Part shown: positions 1-5,036 of the stretch, in pieces
Position numbering within the stretch: position 1 is the stretch's first letter
Layout: each line of letters begins with the position of its first letter
Source: a virus
Virus record (IMG/VR): IMGVR_UViG_3300022928_002150
Coordinates: 1-64,000 of that record
Length of the DNA stretch: 64,000 bases
Direction: 5' to 3' (one strand)
Made by a program: the position numbers and the translations under genes
Notes under the pieces: model-generated
What the model saw: only the letters and a program-made list of their open reading frames with translations
Told to the model about the DNA's origin: nothing
Database searches by the model: none

Positions 1-15
1 AATCCATTTTATCCA

Positions 16-237
16 TTACCAATTTCCTTCCTTTAACCAATCCGCATCGTAGATGTGTCCAATCCAACCTCCATACATTTCTAGTACATCGTGGTCAGAA
101 CACCCTTCTGCTTCTTCAGCACCTAACTCTACTAACTCGTCTCTCAGCTCTTTCATAAACTTCTTGAGCTCTCGAAAATCAGGGTGAATAAACACTGCTT
201 CTTGCTGCTCTGGGTCAAATACTACATATAATTTCAT
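16..237 (-). CDS. hypothetical early protein (acidic, 73 aa)
   Basis: ORF with AAGGA RBS and its own sigma70-type promoter (263-292). Confidence 0.75.
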   Translation of the reverse strand: MKLYVVFDPEQQEAVFIHPDFRELKKFMKELRDELVELGAEEAEGCSDHDVLEMYGGWIGHIYDADWLKEGNW

Positions 238-262
238 GGCTTTTCCTTTTATTTATAAAGTT

Positions 263-292
263 ATTATACCACAATTTTGGTATTCTGGTCAA
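263..292 (-). promoter_or_regulatory. sigma70-type early promoter
   Basis: minus strand TTGACC-N18-TATAAT, preceded by an A-rich UP element. Confidence 0.65.
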
Positions 293-518
293 GAATTTTA
301 AACTTCTCACCCTCTTTAAATTCTGTTTTTTTGATTACTGCTTGGCCCAACACTGTAAAGTCTATGAAGTCAAAGGGTATAGACTTTATAGAGTGGTGTA
401 TGTCTTCTACTGTAGAGAAAGCTTTAGCTAAATTGATAGCTGTCTCAAAGTTAGAGTACGCACCTTTTATTGCACAGGTTTTGTCGTCTATCACACAAAA
501 GATCTTTTGCTTTGCCAC
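264..518 (-). CDS. hypothetical early protein (84 aa)
   Basis: GTG start with AGGAG RBS; consensus promoter at 547-575. Confidence 0.75.
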   Translation of the reverse strand: MAKQKIFCVIDDKTCAIKGAYSNFETAINLAKAFSTVEDIHHSIKSIPFDFIDFTVLGQAVIKKTEFKEGEKFKILDQNTKIVV

Positions 519-546
519 TTAATATACTCCTTTTTAATATGTGTAT

Positions 547-575
547 ATTATACTACCATTTGATTACGTTGTCAA
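547..575 (-). promoter_or_regulatory. strong sigma70 early promoter
   Basis: minus strand TTGACA-N17-TATAAT with an upstream A-tract. Confidence 0.8.
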
Positions 576-710
576 ATGTTTTTTCTTTTTTGTCAATAAG
601 CAACCGCAACCTAATTCCCGGGGGCCGCCCTCGACCATTGCGGGGTCAAGTTTTTTGTCAAATTTCGGCGCAAATAAATTTTTTTAAATTGTACCTAACC
701 CTACACGGGC

Positions 711-740
711 TTGACATTACCCCGCTAAAGCCTGTATAAT
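711..740 (+). promoter_or_regulatory. sigma70 promoter with no convincing downstream ORF
   Basis: TTGACA-N18-TATAAT. Confidence 0.65.
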
Positions 741-981
741 ATACCTAATGGGATTCCGTGCACACGGCGGCGATCCTGGGTTTGGCGGGTGTTTGGTAAG
801 ATAAAGCGGGGTTATCTCAAATTAAGTCCGATTTGCTGCATGGTACACTTTTACGTACATATAAGTGTATAAAAGTTACACTTTTACGTACGTAAATTTT
901 GCACTTCATTTTCGCACTTGCTTCGGCGCAGCCGAGACCTGCGCAAATTTAAACTAATTACAACACACCCGCAAAAAGTCC

Positions 982-1016
982 TTGACATCGCATCGATTTC
1001 CCACTATAATCGGCGC
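982..1016 (+). promoter_or_regulatory. sigma70 promoter with GC-rich discriminator, no convincing downstream ORF
   Basis: TTGACA-N17-TATAAT-CGGCGC. Confidence 0.7.
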
Positions 1017-1193
1017 GAGCAAATTTTCTACAAAATTTTCCGCAACTTTCCCCGAAGACTACCTTTTGATCCACCATACACGCACCCGCAAGGACGTAAC
1101 ACCAATCGGATTTGCACTTCGCTTTCGCACTGGCGCCCCCGCGCCAAAAATTTCAAGAAGTCAATGCTTTTTTCAAGAAATTTTTGGCGAGAG

Positions 1194-1209
1194 TGTTTCA
1201 CGTGAAACA
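1194..1209. promoter_or_regulatory. parS: parS centromere-like site (ParB binding)
   Basis: exact palindrome TGTTTCACGTGAAACA, intergenic. Confidence 0.85.
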
Positions 1210-1217
1210 TGCGCGAC

Positions 1218-1835
1218 CTATTCCAAATTTTCAAGTGTGGTATTGAGTGTTTCCAAAAGGGAATAGATGCCTTGCCGCTTGTCGTTGTAGTCGATCACAT
1301 GCCAATCAGAATCAATCACGCGCTCTTTTAATAGAGTCATGCGGTCATAGTATGAGAGCGCATTCTCGTCATTCTCGGAAAATTTCCAGTAGGTCAATGG
1401 CGATTTTTTTCTGCGCTCAATTCGTGCGCGTTGTTCATCCTCGGAAATTGAAAGCCAAAATTTAATCATGCGAACGCCTTGCGATTTTTCCCATGATTTA
1501 TGATTCGCTAGAAAATTCTTATATTGAGTTTCTGAGCACCAACCGTTTAAGCGTTGAACCATTGCGCGGCTATACCATGATCGATCATAAAAAACGATCT
1601 GGTTATATGCTGGCATTCTACGCGACCAATACGCAAGCCATTTTTTCATGGTGGACTTGCTAGGCTTGCGCGATAGATGCACAGAATAAAGCGCAGGATT
1701 CAGATAGTGCGTCACCTCGCGAATCGTCGAGGATTTTCCGGCAGTGTCGCGACCTTCGAGCACCACGCAGATTCTATCGAGCGCTAGATTTTCGAGATTG
1801 CGATTCAGTCGCGCCTGTTCTGTTTTTAATTTCAT
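1218..1835 (-). CDS. ppk2: polyphosphate kinase 2 (single domain)
   Basis: Walker A EGRDTAGKS, Walker B DRSWYSR, KFWLSISEDEQ and WKFS motifs. Confidence 0.92.
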   Translation of the reverse strand: MKLKTEQARLNRNLENLALDRICVVLEGRDTAGKSSTIREVTHYLNPALYSVHLSRKPSKSTMKKWLAYWSRRMPAYNQIVFYDRSWYSRAMVQRLNGWCSETQYKNFLANHKSWEKSQGVRMIKFWLSISEDEQRARIERRKKSPLTYWKFSENDENALSYYDRMTLLKERVIDSDWHVIDYNDKRQGIYSLLETLNTTLENLE

Positions 1836-1836
1836 A

Positions 1837-1947
1837 TTATACAGTCTCCAAAAGAAGCCAGATTATACCGCAAACGAGAATAAAATCAGCGCATAGCGAG
1901 TAAATTATATAAGCCTTGAAAGCTAAAGCGAGCAATTTGGTTTTCAT
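1837..1947 (-). CDS. small hydrophobic protein, 36 aa (MKTKLLALAFKAYIIYSLCADFILVCGIIWLLLETV)
   Basis: read manually; fills the gap between exonuclease and ppk2 with 1-nt spacers. Confidence 0.7.
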   Translation of the reverse strand: MKTKLLALAFKAYIIYSLCADFILVCGIIWLLLETV

Positions 1948-1948
1948 A

Positions 1949-2683
1949 TCATGCAACCTTTTTTGCAGTAAAATGATTTTTTGCTTGATAGTCGCGCCAG
2001 TTATAGCCAACGCAAGAATCTATGATGTCGGACATTTTACCGCGTTTTATGATTGCGTTCAATATAGGCAATTCGTAACCGATAATATCCTCTAACGCTG
2101 TATGTGGCTCGTCTGGCAAATCTTGACCCGTAACGAATCGCGCCATAACCTCGGCGTTGGTTTGGTAAGTCATATTGCCGAAAGCAGTAGGCGGATTAAA
2201 GTAATGATTTTGCATGATGAAATTTTTATATGCCGTAGAGGATGCCCATTTTACGCAGGCCGCTTGCCAGAGGCAGAAGCGCTGAGAAAAAATAGAGTGA
2301 TCTATTCCAGTATTTGACATTTTGCCAGAATCAAAGCCTAGATTGTAAGCGGTCAAGATTGGGTCGTATTTTCCGACCGCCCGCTCTAACCAGCGGTTAA
2401 TCGCGCCCACGCTTGCAATCATGCGCGAGCCATCCTGTACCATTTTTTGATATTTTGCATACCGTCGGTCTGCTGATTTGCGAGACCATAGCGCAGAAGG
2501 GCCAGCATCCTTATTAAAAAAGAGCGGGTGATTTTCTGCATCCGTGAAAATGCCGTCAACCATGACAGCGCATTGAGCGTGAATGCGCCCCTTGCGGTCT
2601 GTGATAGTGCAAGCAAAATCAGCGACCTTGTGATCTTGCGTTGTTTCAACATCGATTGTCGCTATATATTGTTTCTTGCTCAT
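1949..2683 (-). CDS. DEDDh 3'-5' exonuclease family protein
   Basis: IDVETT, AYNLGFD and HTALED (Exo I/II/III) motifs. Confidence 0.8.
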   Translation of the reverse strand: MSKKQYIATIDVETTQDHKVADFACTITDRKGRIHAQCAVMVDGIFTDAENHPLFFNKDAGPSALWSRKSADRRYAKYQKMVQDGSRMIASVGAINRWLERAVGKYDPILTAYNLGFDSGKMSNTGIDHSIFSQRFCLWQAACVKWASSTAYKNFIMQNHYFNPPTAFGNMTYQTNAEVMARFVTGQDLPDEPHTALEDIIGYELPILNAIIKRGKMSDIIDSCVGYNWRDYQAKNHFTAKKVA

Positions 2684-3150
2684 TATGCAGCTACCTTTTT
2701 TGCTTGGTTATATTTTACCGGATCGATTACACGAAAGCCAGCATTTTTTAAAGTTTGTTGCACGTCTGCGTTGTCATCCCAAAGGATAACGCGACGACGA
2801 ATTTCGTCGAACGAAACGCGGCGAGCAATCGCAAGCTCTGACATTTTGGCGAGCTTGAATTCACCAGCGGGTCGATTGTCATCGATTGAACGCGAAAGCG
2901 TAAACGCTGGCAGCATTCCGCGCATGCGTAGCCAAACGCGATCAACGCTACCCATGACGCGAGAAGTACAAATGCCAACGTCTAACCCTTCCGAGATGGC
3001 TTGAATCATTGTAGAAGCAAGCGGAAGCGTAGAGTCGCGCATGACGTTTGCGGGTGTATTCATTCTGCGCCAGTCGCTTAACGTCTCACCTTGACGGTGG
3101 GTCGAGTCGATGACAGTCTCGTCGAGATCAAATAAAAAAATTGGAAGCAT
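2683..3150 (-). CDS. HAD-superfamily phosphatase (possible functional analogue of T5 Dmp)
   Basis: FDLDET motif I, CTSR motif II, conserved K, WDD motif IV. Confidence 0.8.
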   Translation of the reverse strand: MLPIFLFDLDETVIDSTHRQGETLSDWRRMNTPANVMRDSTLPLASTMIQAISEGLDVGICTSRVMGSVDRVWLRMRGMLPAFTLSRSIDDNRPAGEFKLAKMSELAIARRVSFDEIRRRVILWDDNADVQQTLKNAGFRVIDPVKYNQAKKVAA

Positions 3151-3325
3151 AACCGATAATCCCTATTGTGTTTAATATAAGCAGATTGTAGCATTTTTTC
3201 TCGTATGCTTGCAAGCATAACAGAGCAAGTCCAATGATCGCCATGAGTTTACCCGCTGGCATGTCAATGAGGAAGGGAGCCGCGCCAAGCAGCGCGGTGC
3301 CTATCCAAGAGCAAACCGCAATCAC
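3128..3325 (-). CDS. small multi-pass membrane protein (65 aa)
   Basis: about three hydrophobic segments; overlaps both neighbours in the operon. Confidence 0.7.
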   Translation of the reverse strand: MIAVCSWIGTALLGAAPFLIDMPAGKLMAIIGLALLCLQAYEKKCYNLLILNTIGIIGYASNFFI

Positions 3326-3618
3326 GCGAGATGCTCTAAAACGCGGCTTAAGCCATCAACGGTGAGATTTTCGCGGTCACTCTCGGGTAATCCCAGAGAT
3401 CGCTCGATAGCACTCACAAGCTCGCGTTTAGTTGGGCCTTTTGGCCTTTTAGCCGCTGGAGCTTTAGCGATATAGTCAACGCCTTCGCTTTTGGCTTTGG
3501 CGATGATAGAGCGATAAGACACGGAACCGAATTCGTCGGCAAGCGCCTTTGCTTTGTCTAGGTCAAGGGGTGCAAGATCGCGCATTCGCTTAACCATTTT
3601 TTCAGTGTATGTAGCCAT
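3322..3618 (-). CDS. T5 A2-like pre-early DNA-binding protein
   Basis: SYRSIIAK...Y..K and TK.ELV..I patterns recall T5 A2; position in the terminal region. Confidence 0.65.
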   Translation of the reverse strand: MATYTEKMVKRMRDLAPLDLDKAKALADEFGSVSYRSIIAKAKSEGVDYIAKAPAAKRPKGPTKRELVSAIERSLGLPESDRENLTVDGLSRVLEHLA

Positions 3619-3659
3619 AACTTTTTTTCCTTAGTGATTAATGCTTTATTGCATGGGTA

Positions 3660-3703
3660 GGATTTTACAGAGGTATTCTGCAAATGTCCAGTATTTTTTA
3701 TAT
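3660..3703 (-). promoter_or_regulatory. pre-early promoter, copy 2
   Basis: minus strand TGGACA-N17-TAAAAT with A-tract; near-duplicate of 3868-3911. Confidence 0.7.
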
Positions 3704-3726
3704 CAAGATAGAATAACGATATTCCA

Positions 3727-3837
3727 TTATGGTATAAGGTTTAGCAAGAACGATCCTGCTATTGGCATCAGAATTGCTAAGGCAATTACCATGCCAATAA
3801 TTCCTAAGAGCGCTCTAGTGAATAAATCGTGAAACAT
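3727..3837 (-). CDS. small single-TM protein, 36 aa (MFHDLFTRALLGIIGMVIALAILMPIAGSFLLNLIP)
   Basis: read manually; AAGG RBS; directly downstream of promoter copy 1. Confidence 0.65.
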   Translation of the reverse strand: MFHDLFTRALLGIIGMVIALAILMPIAGSFLLNLIP

Positions 3838-3867
3838 TTTTTATACCTTTTGTTTTTATATGTGATG

Positions 3868-3911
3868 GATTTTACAGGGTCTAATTCCAAATGTACAGGG
3901 TTTTTTATATC
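3868..3911 (-). promoter_or_regulatory. pre-early promoter, copy 1
   Basis: minus strand TGTACA-N17-TAAAAT with A-tract. Confidence 0.7.
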
Positions 3912-3939
3912 GATGTGCTATAAGCTTATAACCAAATGT

Positions 3940-3957
3940 GCGTCAATAGTTTGACGC
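3940..3957. promoter_or_regulatory. GTCA-N6-TGAC inverted repeat (FleQ-box-like)
   Basis: GCGTCAATAGTTTGACGC. Confidence 0.5.
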
Positions 3958-3977
3958 GGGGCGTGCCCTAGCTCTTA

Positions 3978-3994
3978 AGCAGGAATCGTGCCAA
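3978..3994 (-). promoter_or_regulatory. sigma54 (-24/-12) promoter
   Basis: minus strand TTGGCACGATTCCTGCT vs consensus YTGGCACGNNNNTTGCW: one mismatch, GG-N10-GC intact. Confidence 0.75.
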
Positions 3995-4012
3995 CTTTAT
4001 TTTTCCCTTATA

Positions 4013-4025
4013 AATCAATAGGTTA
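4013..4025 (+). promoter_or_regulatory. IHF binding site
   Basis: AATCAATAGGTTA matches WATCAANNNNTTR, with a 5' A/T tract. Confidence 0.7.
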
Positions 4026-4059
4026 CGCGCGCCTGCCCAGGAGGGGGCGGTTAAGAGAC

Positions 4060-4075
4060 CGTCAAAATTTTGACG
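4060..4075. promoter_or_regulatory. perfect 16-bp palindrome, candidate bEBP enhancer (UAS)
   Basis: CGTCAAAATTTTGACG, about 100 bp upstream of the predicted sigma54 start. Confidence 0.55.
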
Positions 4076-4089
4076 CGCGCGGCCCCATC

Positions 4090-4185
4090 TTTACGTAAAA
4101 CTTTGTAAAAAACCGAAAAAACCCGAATCGGCGAAAAAACCTGAAAAAACCTCATAAAATTCGAACACGTCCGCAAAAATTTTTC
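4090..4185. repeat. phased A-tract repeats (AAAAAACC) near the putative genome end
   Basis: four AAAAAACC units plus further A-tracts at roughly helical spacing. Confidence 0.55.
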
Positions 4186-4244
4186 CTCTTAATTTTCTTC
4201 AGCATGTCTGAACCTTCCCTTTCCACCTTCCTACCTCACCTTCG

Positions 4245-4284
4245 AAAAATTTTTCTTGACATTCGATCTGCTCGAATGTATAAT
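4245..4284 (+). promoter_or_regulatory. late promoter for terS
   Basis: AAAAATTTTTC-TTGACA-N17-TATAAT. Confidence 0.8.
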
Positions 4285-4291
4285 TTATAGC

Positions 4292-4765
4292 ATGTCAAAA
4301 GAAGTTTCTATAATATCTCCCGAAGGAGTAGAAGTAGCTAATTGCTATCTCCAATACGGCAACATAAAGGCAGTTTGCGAATACATGTCTGTGCCAGAAC
4401 ATAGGGTAGTAGAAATTTTAAATACGCGTGAAGTAAAGCGTTATGTAGACACTGTGTATTTAGATATGGGGTACAGGAATAAAAATAATATTGCAGCTGT
4501 TCTTGACGAAATGATAGCATCAAAGCTAGAAGAGGCTCAAGAGAGCGGTATGTATACATCAAAGGATCTAGCGGATCTGATGGTCATGGCCCATAAAATG
4601 AGAATGGACGAAATTAAAGCGTTGGCAGAAGCTGAAAAGGCGTCCAATGCAGCCACTATTCGTAGTCAAACGAATGTACAGATTAATGAAGGTATTCCTT
4701 TTGGGCAAGGCAACTACGGTAAGTTGATGGAAAAATTATTAAATGGAGCTGGAGCAACAGAATAA
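4292..4765 (+). CDS. terS: terminase small subunit (T5-type)
   Basis: SPEG.EV...YLQ, EVK.Y....Y...GYRN, AHKMRM.E and QTNVQ motifs as in T5 TerS; start moved to ATG 4292 because TTG 4256 is the -35 box. Confidence 0.85.
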   Translation: MSKEVSIISPEGVEVANCYLQYGNIKAVCEYMSVPEHRVVEILNTREVKRYVDTVYLDMGYRNKNNIAAVLDEMIASKLEEAQESGMYTSKDLADLMVMAHKMRMDEIKALAEAEKASNAATIRSQTNVQINEGIPFGQGNYGKLMEKLLNGAGATE

Positions 4766-5033
4766 TCGCATAGATCGAATAGAGAACAAAATTGACAAAT
4801 TAACAGAACTAGTAGTAGCACTAGCAAGAGTAGAAGAGCAAATTTCAGACTTAGATGACGCAAGAGACAAAATTGAATCGAGAGTTACAGATATTGAAAT
4901 TATGCAAACGGTCGCACTTAGAGATATCGATAACCACGGCCATATTCTGCAAAGCATTACTAGACTGCTATGGATCGCCGTCACCGGCTTGATCACCTCA
5001 GGAATCGCAGCAACACTAGTAACTATTGGATAG
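4743..5033 (+). CDS. coiled-coil protein with C-terminal TM helix (XhlA/holin-like architecture)
   Basis: heptad pattern followed by LLWIAVTGLITSGIAATLVTIG. Confidence 0.6.
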   Translation: MELEQQNNRIDRIENKIDKLTELVVALARVEEQISDLDDARDKIESRVTDIEIMQTVALRDIDNHGHILQSITRLLWIAVTGLITSGIAATLVTIG

Positions 5034-5036
5034 AGA

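Larger units (their letters stand above)
590..1215. repeat. non-coding repeat/palindrome tract, putative injection-stop region
   Basis: TACACTTTTACGTAC x2 (844-858, 877-891); TTTGCACTTCnnTTTCGCACT x2 (898-918, 1111-1131); recurrent CCCGC(A/T) motifs; lies between pre-early and early genes as in T5. Confidence 0.6.

Noticed and set aside
740-1190. tRNA or other known structured RNA behind the orphan promoters
   Set aside because: No cloverleaf, T-loop GTTC or CCA arrangement recognised; kept only as a candidate ncRNA.
590-1215. DnaA boxes, dif site or additional parS copies
   Set aside because: No TTATCCACA or convincing dif match seen; other TGTTTC occurrences (e.g. about 1248 and 2642) lack the second half-site.
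470-1465. ORF-track calls 470-739, 918-1205, 982-1266, 1028-1234 and 1247-1465
   Set aside because: No RBS, mutually overlapping, and they run across promoters, repeats, parS or ppk2. One starts on a -35 TTG. Best read as non-coding or shadow frames.
1194-3620. Host chromosomal contamination or prophage flank explaining parS, ppk2 and higher GC
   Set aside because: The block contains an A2-like gene and phage-style tight packing, sits in the T5 terminal-repeat position and has phage genes on both sides. No integrase or housekeeping context. Read-level confirmation is still advisable.
4256-4291. TTG start for terS
   Set aside because: It coincides with the -35 hexamer; similarity to T5 TerS begins near ATG 4292.
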